Source: a virus
Taxonomy: Duplodnaviria; Caudoviricetes
Virus record (IMG/VR): IMGVR_UViG_3300034171_000062
Span: 1 to 64,000 of that record
Strand: one strand, 5' to 3'
Length of the DNA stretch: 64,000 nucleotides
Shown one piece after another: positions 18,771 to 29,093 of this stretch (position 1 is its first letter; every line of letters begins with the position of its first letter). A program made the position numbers and the translations under genes. The notes beneath the pieces are model-generated. The model ran no database searches. It was not told the origin of the DNA and saw only the letters and a list, made by a program, of their open reading frames with translations.

Positions 18771-20930
18771 ATGTCCAACAGAACGCGTTTTGCAACACAA
18801 TTGAACGGTATTGTTTCCAGCCTGGAAACCGCCCTTCGCACAAACGGCGTTACCGCTACCGGTGACGTAATCAAAGGCACGTACTCTCAAGAGGGTGCTG
18901 TAGCCTTTGCTCAGAACTTCGAAGATCAGACGCGCGACATGCGCTCTGTGATCGCCGACCACCTGAGCGACCTGGATGCCAGCTTTTCTCAAGAAGCTAT
19001 GTCTTCTGAAATGAGTGAGTCCATGCGCGCTGGTTTGATCGCTGGTCTGGCTTCCCAAGGCGGCGCTGCCGGCTATCACAAAGAAGCCCTGCGTTCTTCC
19101 GATCCAGGTCAGTTCTCTTTGGAATCTGTTTACACCGGCCTTGGCGGTCAGATTGACGTGATCGACGGCGATGCGTATTCGCAAGAATCGTTCGATGACA
19201 CTGAGCTGGCTAACTTTGCGGCACAGAACATCATGTTCAACGTACTGGCTTCACGTCAGGACGCGTTCTCCGAAGCTTTCTTCCCGACTAAGGTTGTTAC
19301 TCCAGCCGAAGGCGGCATTCAGATCACTGTTGATCGTCAGGAAGTCCTGGACTACGCACAACACAAGACCGATGGTTCGCCACTGGGTCTGAAGCGTTCC
19401 AACCTGATCGATGCGTTTGCGGATCACAGCATCCTCAACCGTCCAGCGACTGAGCTGGTACCCTGGGCCAAGAACGACAACAGCAATGACGCGTTCTTTG
19501 TTGCTGAGTCCGAAGTCGGATCTCTTGACATGGACATCTCTGGCCAAACCGTTCGCACTCGTCCTCTGAAGATGGGCAAGCGTGTTAACCTGCTGAGCCT
19601 GTCCTCACACCCCGGTCTGATCGACAACGGCATCCTGGACACCACTGACCAGATCGCTCCAGGCACCCGCCTGAAGAATCTGTACGTGCGTCTGACCGAT
19701 GCTACAGCGACACCCGCAACTGTTCAGGTTGTGAAGCTGGACGTGGGTAACATGACCCGCAACCAGTTCAAGAAGTCCCACGAAGGCCAAGGCCGCGAAG
19801 TGGTACTGAACTTCATCAGCAACGCAATCAGCATCGATGGTTCTACCAAAGCCGCTGACGGCGCCGCACTGGCGCTGCTTGCAGATCAGATCGCAACTCC
19901 GGATCTGGCAGTTCAACTGTCCTTGTCTATCAACGGCAACGGCAACCTGAACGAAGGTTCTATCGACATTCACTCTTCACCTGTGCGTGTTGAAAGCGTT
20001 GTAAGTGCCGACGGCGACGTCCTGGCCTTGGACAGCGGTGCTGGTAAAGCAGTCGTTGATCGTCTGGAGACTCTGTCTGCCAGCGTGATCGGCTACGAAT
20101 TGGCCGCCCGTCGTTCCAACAGCAACTGGCGCTCCACTGGTGCCCTGATTGACGTGACTCCGTACACCGAGTCTTACGCAATCCAGCCTGGCTACCCGAT
20201 CAGCGTTCTGACGCCGACCGACGACCAGCAAAACGGCGCTAAGATCAGCGGTATGATCAACGCAGCCCGTATCCGTAACAGCAACAACGCCGTCACTACT
20301 CTGATCAACTACGCAGAGCAGCTGGAAGCGTACAAAGCTGCCATGGAACGTGGCGTGAAGTTGGACATCGTTGGCGCTGGCCGTCACGTGGTTCGTCCGT
20401 TCTTTGGATCGAAAGCACTGGACGTATCTGCAAGCGTTACCTCCATCAGCTCACACGAGCGTGCGGAAGACGTTTCAGCAGTACTGGTTGATGCAATCCG
20501 TGACATGGCTTACCGCATGTACCGCGAGTCCAACTACGGCCCTGCACTGGATCTGGCGAACGCCGGTACCCAGACTAAGCCTATCCTGCTGATCGGTTGT
20601 GATGCTGTGATCCAGCGTTACCTGATGATCTCAGGCGACGACCGTCTGTTGGGTGAGAACATGCAGCACCGCATCGTGTCTACTAACGACGGGCGCATGG
20701 TCGACAACATTTACCTGACGTTCACTCGTGAGCGTCCAGGCAGTGAAGACGGCCTGACCTTCGGCGTACACGCATACGTACCCGAACTGATCCAGCGTGT
20801 GACCACCAGTCGTAACGGCTCAACCGCGAAGAACGATCGCGTTGTTCCACGTAGCATCCACGTACCGGTACTGCCGGTTGTGGGCCACATCCGCGTTCAG
20901 AACCTGAGCGCAGCGATTGGCAACGATTAA
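18771..20930 (+). CDS. major capsid protein (phiKZ gp120-like)
   Basis: 719 aa; N-terminal S-x-E cleavage sites (SQEG, SQEA, SLES, SQES); RQDAFSEAFFPT; biased codon usage; synteny helicase-MCP-RNAP. Confidence 0.92.
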   Translation: MSNRTRFATQLNGIVSSLETALRTNGVTATGDVIKGTYSQEGAVAFAQNFEDQTRDMRSVIADHLSDLDASFSQEAMSSEMSESMRAGLIAGLASQGGAAGYHKEALRSSDPGQFSLESVYTGLGGQIDVIDGDAYSQESFDDTELANFAAQNIMFNVLASRQDAFSEAFFPTKVVTPAEGGIQITVDRQEVLDYAQHKTDGSPLGLKRSNLIDAFADHSILNRPATELVPWAKNDNSNDAFFVAESEVGSLDMDISGQTVRTRPLKMGKRVNLLSLSSHPGLIDNGILDTTDQIAPGTRLKNLYVRLTDATATPATVQVVKLDVGNMTRNQFKKSHEGQGREVVLNFISNAISIDGSTKAADGAALALLADQIATPDLAVQLSLSINGNGNLNEGSIDIHSSPVRVESVVSADGDVLALDSGAGKAVVDRLETLSASVIGYELAARRSNSNWRSTGALIDVTPYTESYAIQPGYPISVLTPTDDQQNGAKISGMINAARIRNSNNAVTTLINYAEQLEAYKAAMERGVKLDIVGAGRHVVRPFFGSKALDVSASVTSISSHERAEDVSAVLVDAIRDMAYRMYRESNYGPALDLANAGTQTKPILLIGCDAVIQRYLMISGDDRLLGENMQHRIVSTNDGRMVDNIYLTFTRERPGSEDGLTFGVHAYVPELIQRVTTSRNGSTAKNDRVVPRSIHVPVLPVVGHIRVQNLSAAIGND

Positions 20931-20985
20931 TCCAGCAATGGGTTAAGTAGAACAGGTGACGTACCTGTTGCCTTAATGGGCGAAT

Positions 20986-21020
20986 AAGAAGGGACCTTCG
21001 GGTCCCTTCTTTTTTTTGTC
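20986..21020 (+). terminator. intrinsic terminator after MCP
   Basis: agaagggacc-ttcg-ggtcccttct with T run. Confidence 0.85.
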
Positions 21021-21068
21021 TTGATTGTATGAACGGTACACTTATCCACACTCCACTCCGGTGAACTC

Positions 21069-22295
21069 ATGGCTACCTTAGAAGACCTTAATATAAAACG
21101 CGGCGAAATGAATAACGCAGTTGACAATTATAAGCAGACCGTATTGGATTTCCACGCGGGTACCGCAACGCAAAACGACGTAGACGTGGCTAAGACAGCC
21201 GCTGTCATTAAGGGCGATGAGTACGCCACCTTGACCGCTCAGGTCAAACAGGACGACCCCAACGTGAGTAACGACGATCAGTTGTTTAGTAACCCAGGGC
21301 GTATGAACGCCCTGGTGCGCGACGACATAGCTACCATCTTGTCCACCGGGTCGTTTTTTGGGTCCGGACTGAAGTTACTGGTGGACACCGAAGGCAACGC
21401 CTCCGGGGTGACCAATGTCATTCTGTCCTTTGCTGAAGGATCTGACGTGACTATCGACTGGGGCGACGCTAGTGCACGTCAAACGTATACGGGGGCGGCC
21501 TCCCACACATACGTTGACCCTGGGCAGTATGAGGTCCAGATCATCGGTACCGTCAACGGTTTCACCAGACCTTTGTCGGAAAGTCGTCAACAACTCAAAG
21601 ACGTGATGCAATGGGGAGTGGTTGAGTTCGCCAATATTGAAAAGATGTTTCAACAACGCACTGGGTTTGTGATCTCAGCGTCTGACGGCCCGATCCTTTT
21701 ACCGGGCGCCAGTTGCTATCAGATGTTCAACAACGCGAGTGATTTCAACAGCAACATCAATCACTGGGACATGAGTAACGTCGTGAACATGGATGCAATG
21801 TTCCTTGGAGCTAAGGCGTTCAACCAACCCTTGAACGACTGGGACGTGAGCAACGTTGTCGATATGGCCTCAATGTTCAACACCGCCTCCGCTTTCAACC
21901 AATCCTTGAACAACTGGGATGTGAGCAACGTTGTCGATATGAGTCGCATGTTCTACTATACCAGCTTATTCAATCAGCCCTTGAACAGCTGGAATGTAAG
22001 CAGTGTTACTACCATGAGCTTCATGTTCCGAGTGGCCGCAGCCTTTAACCAACCGCTAAATGCCTGGAACGTCAGCAGTGTTACTAGCATGAACGACATG
22101 TTTAATCAAGCCGACGCTTTCAATCGGCCCTTGAACAGCTGGAACGTCAGCAGTGTTACTAGCATGGCATACATGTTCGCCAACGCTGACTCCTTCAACC
22201 AAAACTTGAATGCTTGGGATGTAAGTCAAGTGACCTCATTCCCTGGCTTTAATGCCGACAGTGCACTGTCGGGCAGTAACTTACCTAACTTCTAA
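21069..22295 (+). CDS. BspA/DUF285 leucine-rich-repeat protein with PKD-like domain
   Basis: TIDWGD...SHTYVDPGQYEVQI (PKD-like), then about 7 copies of a 25-aa FNQPLNxWxVSxVxxMxxMF repeat. Confidence 0.9.
   Translation: MATLEDLNIKRGEMNNAVDNYKQTVLDFHAGTATQNDVDVAKTAAVIKGDEYATLTAQVKQDDPNVSNDDQLFSNPGRMNALVRDDIATILSTGSFFGSGLKLLVDTEGNASGVTNVILSFAEGSDVTIDWGDASARQTYTGAASHTYVDPGQYEVQIIGTVNGFTRPLSESRQQLKDVMQWGVVEFANIEKMFQQRTGFVISASDGPILLPGASCYQMFNNASDFNSNINHWDMSNVVNMDAMFLGAKAFNQPLNDWDVSNVVDMASMFNTASAFNQSLNNWDVSNVVDMSRMFYYTSLFNQPLNSWNVSSVTTMSFMFRVAAAFNQPLNAWNVSSVTSMNDMFNQADAFNRPLNSWNVSSVTSMAYMFANADSFNQNLNAWDVSQVTSFPGFNADSALSGSNLPNF
21720..22240 (+). repeat. 75-bp coding tandem repeats (DUF285)
   Basis: Recurrent ttgaacagctggaa / gtgagcaacgttgtcgatatg units at a 75-nt period. 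Confidence 0.85.
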
Positions 22296-22299
22296 TAAC

Positions 22300-22338
22300 C
22301 GACATAGAGGAGGACCGTTGGGTCCTCCTCTTATTCCG
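22300..22338 (+). terminator. hairpin terminator
   Basis: agaggaggacc-gttg-ggtcctcctct-TATTCCG. Confidence 0.75.
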
Positions 22339-22350
22339 TCTTGCAAATAT

Positions 22351-22376
22351 TTTCAAGAATATATCATCAGGGGGTA
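22351..22376 (+). promoter_or_regulatory. putative early promoter (TATATCA) for the nvRNAP operon
   Basis: tttcaagaaTATATCAtcagggggta. Confidence 0.6.
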
Positions 22377-22413
22377 GACCCTACTACTCACCAATGGACG
22401 AAGACTATGTAAC

Positions 22414-23526
22414 ATGCAACACATCGAGCCGCACGAGACAACGTACGTCGAAGTCAACGACGTCGAAGTCAACACCACCCTAAAGCGGTCTCGAGGTGCC
22501 TTGGAAACCAGCATTGCTTACTACAACCATCTTAATCAGGACCTCACGGTGACCCTTAGGAACGGAGTGCCGTTTAAGTTACCTGCGGGGGATGGGCGTA
22601 AGAATTGCGTGGAGGTGTTAGTCAGTTACGACATCGATCCCCGTGTGGTGGTTGATGCTAAAAGTACGTTTCACCACCACCCAGGTAACACGGCCGAAAG
22701 CGTTGTGTTACTAGCGGCCCTTGAGAATTGCGAAAAGAGAGGTCGATTCAACCGGAAGTGCTTTACTCTGAAGTACAGTGTAACGGCCGAACAGGTTGAA
22801 AAGAACAGTGGCATCATTTACATTGCCGACCTTGATCTGGTCCTCTCGACCAGTGACGACGAGCGTCGCGCAATCCATCCCTATAGCCCAGGCAGTAGCC
22901 GATACAAATTGATCGAGGCGGAAGTAAACGTTAACGCTCGAGATCGATTTGGGTATTCCATATACCTGATCAGCAACGACGGGGCCGTCGGGGATAAGTA
23001 CATCAATCTAGGAGGTAAGGCCTATCGCGTACCGAGCATTAAGAATAAATCTTTACGGGACGGAGTGTATGTATGTAGCAGTGGCAGTATCGAGGCATTA
23101 AGTAACGACCCCGTACCGATCGAAGAACACTACGCGTTCGACAGCGCCGTGGACACACTGCGGTTGTACGACACCCCTGAAAGTGCCCTGAAACTTGGCG
23201 ATCAATTGGCCGCTCGGGAACAGGAGTTGAAAGAAATCAACATGCATTTAAAAGAGGTGGAACACGACCACAAACTAGAACGATTGAACTACGAACACGA
23301 CCTCGCAGTTAAGAAACAAGAATTGGATGAATCGAAGATGGAGTTGGATCGTCAGTACGCGCAGGAAGAACACGATCGCCGGATACGTGCCATGCGCGAC
23401 AAGGAATACCACGAATCGCGTAGCAACGCTCGAAAGGACTCCAGCGAGATCATCAAGATCATCCCCATTGTGCTCACCGGTGTAATAGCCATAGCGGCGG
23501 CTATTGCTAAATACAACAAAGACTAG
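22414..23526 (+). CDS. conserved phiKZ-like protein (gp122-like) with coiled coil and C-terminal TM anchor
   Basis: Synteny between MCP and RNAP; C-terminal IIPIVLTGVIAIAAAIA. Confidence 0.7.
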   Translation: MQHIEPHETTYVEVNDVEVNTTLKRSRGALETSIAYYNHLNQDLTVTLRNGVPFKLPAGDGRKNCVEVLVSYDIDPRVVVDAKSTFHHHPGNTAESVVLLAALENCEKRGRFNRKCFTLKYSVTAEQVEKNSGIIYIADLDLVLSTSDDERRAIHPYSPGSSRYKLIEAEVNVNARDRFGYSIYLISNDGAVGDKYINLGGKAYRVPSIKNKSLRDGVYVCSSGSIEALSNDPVPIEEHYAFDSAVDTLRLYDTPESALKLGDQLAAREQELKEINMHLKEVEHDHKLERLNYEHDLAVKKQELDESKMELDRQYAQEEHDRRIRAMRDKEYHESRSNARKDSSEIIKIIPIVLTGVIAIAAAIAKYNKD

Positions 23527-23532
23527 GATCTG

Positions 23533-25161
23533 TTGTTGATGGACTCTCAATTATTAGAAGGGGTACTCAATGCGACACCTGAGATCAACCCTCATATCGC
23601 GAACGGCTTGGCAACTAAGCAACTACTCGGCGCCGAAGCGTTTATCGATGAGATTTTCCGCTGTGCAGCAGTGGATTTCCCTGAGGGATTATCGTACGAA
23701 GGTTATCGCCGATGTACGCCCCAAGAAGAATTCAACGAAGCGACACGGGCACGGGATAATCGGCAGGTTTACGAACTTGCTCAGAGCGATTTCTATCTGG
23801 TGGCGTATTTCTTTAAATACAACGGTGAGGAGCTATTTACACGATACCTGTATCTGCCGTATGTGCAAACCGGGGGACTACTCAACGTCCGAGGAAAGAA
23901 GTTTGCGATCCACCCTGTGTTGGCAGACCCAGCCTTCAGCGTCGGATCGAAGAGCATGTTCATCCAGTTGACCAGAGCACGGTTGACCTTTGAACGCACC
24001 ACCCACCATTTCATGGCAAACGATGACCGGGAGTCCACGTACGTTGTCTGGTCTTGGGTTCACAGTACCGCTCGCAATCGTCAACGTCGACGTGCTGGCA
24101 GTGCTAAGGTGGTCTTTTCAACGATGGCGAACTACTTGTTTGTTCGACACGGGTTTACCGAGACCATGCGCGAATACGCAGGTGCCGACGTGGTCGTGGG
24201 GGAAGACGAGATAACCGCCAAAGAGTACCCACCCAGTGAATGGGTAATTTGCAGTACCGTGGGGAATAAGCCACGCGCCTTCATAGGCAATCAGTACCGC
24301 AGCACCCGAGTGCGAGTGGCCGTTCCCAAAGAACAGTACACTCAAGCCACCAAAAGTCTCATAGGTGCTTTCTTCTACATCGCGGACCACTTCCCCAACC
24401 GGGTGAAGCCCGAGTACGTGGACGACGTCTGGCTCTGGAAAGTGATCCTAGGTCACATCATCTACGAACCCGGTACGGGTGAGGGGTTGATGGTCACCGA
24501 GATCGAGGATCACTTAGTCTCGTTGGACGAGTACCTGGATTCGATTGTGTGGAAGGAATTGAAAAGCGCGGGAGTAACGTGCAGCGACATCTATGAACTG
24601 TTCATGTATGTGATTGAGACCTTGGCGAAAAAGACGGTGTCCTCGGATGTGGGTATCTCCAGCATCTACGGGAAGCGCCTGATCACGCTAAGGTACGTGT
24701 TGTTTGACATCGTTAGTCAGATCAATACGTTGATGTACAAGCTCCGCGCCGCACAGAAGAAGCGGAAGAAGCTTGAAATCACTGAGATCAACAACCTGAT
24801 GAACATCTACTTACGCAGCAGCCGTATCGCCAACATCAGTAACCACGCTAAGCATCCGGAGGTTAATCCCGTCTCCACGTCCAACGACAATCTGTTCTTT
24901 GGTGTCACATCGACCATGTTGACCCAAGACAGTGCCTCAACGACCGGGGGAAAGAAGGGAAAGATTAATCTTAAAGATCCTAGCAAGCACTTGCACATGA
25001 GTGTGGCCGAAGTTGGTTCTTACAACAACATTCCAAAGTCAGACCCTACCGGGCGCAGTCGGATCAATCCGTGTCTGCACCTAGGACCGGACGGGATGGT
25101 TGAACGCGACCCTAACAAGAAAGACCTGTTGGAACACGTTCAACGATTGCTGATGCTGTAA
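23533..25161 (+). CDS. non-virion RNA polymerase beta subunit, N-terminal part (phiKZ gp123-like)
   Basis: GYRRCTPQEEF, LYLPYV, PVLAD, HMSVAEVGS...KSDPTGRSRINP; size and synteny. Confidence 0.88.
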   Translation: MLMDSQLLEGVLNATPEINPHIANGLATKQLLGAEAFIDEIFRCAAVDFPEGLSYEGYRRCTPQEEFNEATRARDNRQVYELAQSDFYLVAYFFKYNGEELFTRYLYLPYVQTGGLLNVRGKKFAIHPVLADPAFSVGSKSMFIQLTRARLTFERTTHHFMANDDRESTYVVWSWVHSTARNRQRRRAGSAKVVFSTMANYLFVRHGFTETMREYAGADVVVGEDEITAKEYPPSEWVICSTVGNKPRAFIGNQYRSTRVRVAVPKEQYTQATKSLIGAFFYIADHFPNRVKPEYVDDVWLWKVILGHIIYEPGTGEGLMVTEIEDHLVSLDEYLDSIVWKELKSAGVTCSDIYELFMYVIETLAKKTVSSDVGISSIYGKRLITLRYVLFDIVSQINTLMYKLRAAQKKRKKLEITEINNLMNIYLRSSRIANISNHAKHPEVNPVSTSNDNLFFGVTSTMLTQDSASTTGGKKGKINLKDPSKHLHMSVAEVGSYNNIPKSDPTGRSRINPCLHLGPDGMVERDPNKKDLLEHVQRLLML

Positions 25162-25290
25162 CCAGATGTCTCTGAGGGGAGGGTCCGTAATGGCCCTCCC
25201 TTTTTGAGGCCTTGCTTATTAAATGTCCAATTTATGAGGAGAACATGCGTTTAACGTTCCAGTTAGACCGAGTCACTTTGAGTACCGCCT

Positions 25291-25626
25291 ATGACCGTAT
25301 CCAGGAACATACGCGACTTCACCGATTTGATCTGCGAATGCTTGTCTCTGGGATGGCAGTACACCCAGGGCCAACCCACTGAAGCCGATTTGCAACACTG
25401 GGCCAGCTTTGGTCGATCGAAAGCGTTGTTTAAACGATGTACCGCCGAGTTCTTAAGTAACGAATCTCAGACCCTCCATTTAATCCGATGTAAAGAAGAA
25501 GCGTCTATCCTAGCGGGATATAAACGCCTGCACTCGGTAGGACTGTGGACCGCATGGATTGAGGACCGTGTGGTGTGGATTCATGTGGACCCCAAGACCC
25601 CACTCAAACACGAACTGTGGATTTGA
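25291..25626 (+). CDS. hypothetical protein
   Basis: 111-aa ORF. Confidence 0.5.
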   Translation: MTVSRNIRDFTDLICECLSLGWQYTQGQPTEADLQHWASFGRSKALFKRCTAEFLSNESQTLHLIRCKEEASILAGYKRLHSVGLWTAWIEDRVVWIHVDPKTPLKHELWI

Positions 25627-25631
25627 GTAGT

Positions 25632-25657
25632 TTTAAAAGATATATCATCCTTGTGAT
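25632..25657 (+). promoter_or_regulatory. putative early promoter (TATATCA)
   Basis: tttaaaagaTATATCAtccttgtga. Confidence 0.6.
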
Positions 25658-25750
25658 GACCACGGATACCATGAAATTTTAGGGGAGACCCCGCGTCTCA
25701 AAAAATACCTTAGACCGACCTAGGTCAGTGTGAACTTTAGGAGCTTTTCG

Positions 25751-27724
25751 ATGCACTATAACCAGCAGCCGTTGCCGGTGTCTGCAGAGCAACCGATGCA
25801 GAACCAGTTCGTGCAGGGGAATCAACTTCCTCCGCTGCCGAACATACCGGAAGTGGGGCAGGTAGAACAACAAGAAGCGTTCAGTCTCCATGGTGAGTTG
25901 ATCACTCTGCTGCAAAACGGGGTTCAGAAGGGTCCAGTGCGGATCTTCCTGTTCAACCTGTACAGTCAGAATCACTACGTCAACCAAACCTATATGGAAC
26001 TGTACGGTTCTGCGATTGAGTACTACCTGTTCTTGAAAGCCAGTGGGCAACCCGACGCACGCCGCGCCGCCGACGAGTCGGTGAAATGTGAAATCCCCAG
26101 GGTCATTCAGAACTACCCAGCGCTTCAGAATTACCTCAACGACCAACAGATGAACGATCTTCATCAGTTCGTGCAGTTGGCCACCGCCATCTCTCAGCAG
26201 ATGCAAACGTTCTATGCGCAGCAGCAGCACGGCGGCGGGGGATGGAATAACCAGCCAGCGAATCAATACCCTCCCCAAGGAGGCCCTGGAGCACACCGGC
26301 CAGGACCGGCCATGCAGTTCGGTGGTGGTGGCTTTACTGGGCAACCCAGTGGTGGTCGTGGTATGCCGTCGCCTCCAGGCGGGGGACGTCCGGGGGCGGG
26401 AGGCTGGTCACAGCCCAATCAACCTATCCAGCAGACGACGCGTCGATCTGGTATGGGTGGTCCCAACGCCGGCAGCATGCTGAATCAAAACACCAACGCC
26501 GGGGCACCTACCGCAGGTGGCTCTAGACGTCCCAGCGTGGGAACCCCTACAACGTCAAGCTTAAATACTAACCCCGGGGTCGTTCCGGCTGCACAACAAG
26601 GAGATGAAATGAGACGCGTCAGCCCAGACGATCGTGAACTTGGCCATTTGTCGGAAGTCCGCGAAGCGACTAGAGTGCCCGCGCCCCCTATCGATCGTGA
26701 AGTTGAGTTCATCTCTTCGGCGTACATCCCGGCCCGTCGCCGCGACCAACGTATCGTTATCACTATAAAAGACGGCCGTAAAGAATACGGTGTCGTTGAC
26801 CTTGAGGAACATGAAATGGATTACGATGATCACGAAACCAACCCCAACATGATCGAGCTGTCTCGCAAGCAGCGCACCGGGCCGAAAGTGGCCCCGCTGC
26901 CAGAGTGGGATCAGGTGTCTGTCCCCAGCGAAGTAAGTAGCGAAGAAACCCCAGATGAAGACCACACGACGTTGGAGGAAAACGAACCTCTGATCTTGAA
27001 AGAGTCGGTGATGGCGTACTCCATAAAGCATGCCCGCATGTTGGCGTTGGACGCTTTGGGTAAGGTGGACGTTGCCCCCAGCGACGCTCGGGTCTTCGAG
27101 TATTACGTCGACCTGATCACCCCACTCGGGTCCCAGTCGATTGCGGATCAAATCCAAAAGATGAGGGAAGCGGTGGATTTGACTCAACTGGTGGATCTGT
27201 TCAACGAAGCGGCTGAGGAGTTGCCGCCCCGGGTCTGGTATCAGCTCCACGACCGCATGACCGAAACGCTGAACCGTCGCCTACGAGGCGGGTTGAGTTT
27301 CCAAGCCGATATCGATTCCATCACCGACGATTACGACGATCTGATGGACCTGTTGGCAAAGGACTATTCCAACACGGCGGTGGATCGGTTCAAGCGCAAC
27401 GTGAAAGCGCACATCCTTCGGACCATGAACATGCGTGAGGTCAGCGGCAAGCTGCTGCTGTCTGAACCGGTCAGTGTCACCGAGTTGCCTTGGACCAGTC
27501 GTCAGATCGATCTGATCCTGGAAAGCAAATACTCTATGTTGAGTACGTCGGTGAACAGTCACATGTACACAGCGGCACTGAAGTTGTTCAAGCGTACCAA
27601 CACGAAGGACTGCAACATGAGTCGTCGACTGCTGGTGACGGTGGATAACGTAATGATCGAACTACATCATGGCGACATGGGTAATGACACGTTACTGATC
27701 TCCAAGAACAGTTTCTGCGGTTAA
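25751..27724 (+). CDS. conserved phiKZ-like protein with a long Q/G/P-rich disordered linker
   Basis: AGGAG RBS before ATG 25751; follows the RNAP gene. Confidence 0.8.
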   Translation: MHYNQQPLPVSAEQPMQNQFVQGNQLPPLPNIPEVGQVEQQEAFSLHGELITLLQNGVQKGPVRIFLFNLYSQNHYVNQTYMELYGSAIEYYLFLKASGQPDARRAADESVKCEIPRVIQNYPALQNYLNDQQMNDLHQFVQLATAISQQMQTFYAQQQHGGGGWNNQPANQYPPQGGPGAHRPGPAMQFGGGGFTGQPSGGRGMPSPPGGGRPGAGGWSQPNQPIQQTTRRSGMGGPNAGSMLNQNTNAGAPTAGGSRRPSVGTPTTSSLNTNPGVVPAAQQGDEMRRVSPDDRELGHLSEVREATRVPAPPIDREVEFISSAYIPARRRDQRIVITIKDGRKEYGVVDLEEHEMDYDDHETNPNMIELSRKQRTGPKVAPLPEWDQVSVPSEVSSEETPDEDHTTLEENEPLILKESVMAYSIKHARMLALDALGKVDVAPSDARVFEYYVDLITPLGSQSIADQIQKMREAVDLTQLVDLFNEAAEELPPRVWYQLHDRMTETLNRRLRGGLSFQADIDSITDDYDDLMDLLAKDYSNTAVDRFKRNVKAHILRTMNMREVSGKLLLSEPVSVTELPWTSRQIDLILESKYSMLSTSVNSHMYTAALKLFKRTNTKDCNMSRRLLVTVDNVMIELHHGDMGNDTLLISKNSFCG

Positions 27725-27726
27725 GA

Positions 27727-27767
27727 CCGAATAGAGAGGAGGGGCTAAGGCTCCTCCTCTTTTTTTG
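27727..27767 (+). terminator. intrinsic terminator
   Basis: agaggagg...cctcctct with T run. Confidence 0.75.
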
Positions 27768-27817
27768 TTTACGCCGGTGGACTATCCCATGACACGAAAG
27801 ACGATTTGGGACGTAGT

Positions 27818-28192
27818 ATGGGAAAGTTTACTGGAAACGTTGTTATTGTTGTTGGCGATCACGACGTTGACGCAATCAAACGCAGTTTAGAGTGGATGTA
27901 CGAACTGACCTTCGACACCGTGCAGACCGTGACGTTGGCACGCCCTTACCGTGGGGAAATACGGACCGAAGGTAACACCCTCCTCCACATCGCCACTGAG
28001 GTGACTCTCAAAGAGGACCTATACTCATTAGAGTACATTGACTCGACTTTAAAGTTAGACGCCTTAGAGATGACCACAGAGGCCCTAAAGCGAGCCAACC
28101 TAATACTCGTATTACTTAGACGCGACGACGGAAACGTTTCTTACTTTCCATATGCGTCCGCACTGTATTTTGAAGAAGAGGATTATTACTGA
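27818..28192 (+). CDS. hypothetical protein
   Basis: ORF coupled to the next gene. Confidence 0.6.
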   Translation: MGKFTGNVVIVVGDHDVDAIKRSLEWMYELTFDTVQTVTLARPYRGEIRTEGNTLLHIATEVTLKEDLYSLEYIDSTLKLDALEMTTEALKRANLILVLLRRDDGNVSYFPYASALYFEEEDYY

Positions 28193-28692
28193 TGAAACTC
28201 CGGGCTCTGTACATCACCCCACACAAATCTAATCGCCGGCCCAACGGCAGTGCCGGACTGTCTTTGACCGATCCTGAGTTGGTTAAAGTGGCTCTACCCT
28301 CGCCCACACAGGACTTGACTCGACGCGAACTGCACACCAGATTTGAAGGATTGGCTTTGGCTGCGAAAGCGTTGGACATGGACATTATAGTAGCGGCTCC
28401 AGCGGAAAGCTATCGAGCGTTATTAGAGATGACCCTGACCACCAACGGTCTAGTGCTGGTCTATGAGGACTACATCATACTGGAAGACGGAGCCATGTAC
28501 CCCACCGGATATCGGTTAGCCAACATCTCTCCCGAAGCCCCAAGAACTGCAAGAGCCATGGCAGGGTACGACGATTGGTTGAACAACGTATACAGTAAGG
28601 TCACTGAATCCGATCTCTTAAAGGTGGTGGACCCATGGAAAACGTACCTACAACAGCAATTACACGAAATGTTTCATTCCCCACTACACTGA
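28192..28692 (+). CDS. hypothetical protein
   Basis: TGATG coupling; GAGGA RBS. Confidence 0.65.
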   Translation: MKLRALYITPHKSNRRPNGSAGLSLTDPELVKVALPSPTQDLTRRELHTRFEGLALAAKALDMDIIVAAPAESYRALLEMTLTTNGLVLVYEDYIILEDGAMYPTGYRLANISPEAPRTARAMAGYDDWLNNVYSKVTESDLLKVVDPWKTYLQQQLHEMFHSPLH

Positions 28693-28706
28693 ATGGAGTC
28701 ACGTAT

Positions 28707-29003
28707 ATGCCCGTTGTTCTGTCATTATTTGTGATTCGAGATAACGGCATCGTTAAGAAACTCAAAGTTCGTGCAAGCGATGCGAATGTGGAGCGTCTGT
28801 TTCAGCAAGACACGTCTCTGGTGGAAGAATTGGTGTATCTGGTGACCTCCTCTTTGCAACACTACCTCTGGGATTATGTGCAACTCATCGGCAACGACGG
28901 CGGGCACCTAAAGAACTACACTAACCCAACCCCCCTAGGAGAGGGATATGGACACCCTCAGTTAAATCTCAAGTTGCTGACATACCTTAGCCCAGTCCTT
29001 TAA
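28707..29003 (+). CDS. hypothetical protein
   Basis: GGAG RBS before ATG 28707. Confidence 0.55.
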   Translation: MPVVLSLFVIRDNGIVKKLKVRASDANVERLFQQDTSLVEELVYLVTSSLQHYLWDYVQLIGNDGGHLKNYTNPTPLGEGYGHPQLNLKLLTYLSPVL

Positions 29004-29050
29004 TCTGGAGTCAACTATGATCACCATCGCCCCCCGCCAGACAAGCGAAG

Positions 29051-29092
29051 CGGAATAGGAGGAGGGCTCAGGCCCTCCTCTTTATTTTTTGT
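29051..29092. terminator. bidirectional terminator
   Basis: CGGAATA-ggaggaggg-ctcagg-ccctcctc-T run between convergent genes. Confidence 0.75.
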
Positions 29093-29093
29093 C

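Noticed and set aside
21720-22240. Periodic repeats as a CRISPR array
   Set aside because: In-frame 75-nt coding repeats without unique spacers; no cas genes
25679-27250. 221-aa and 229-aa minus-strand ORFs
   Set aside because: Antisense shadows of the 25751 gene; no RBS or recognisable motifs
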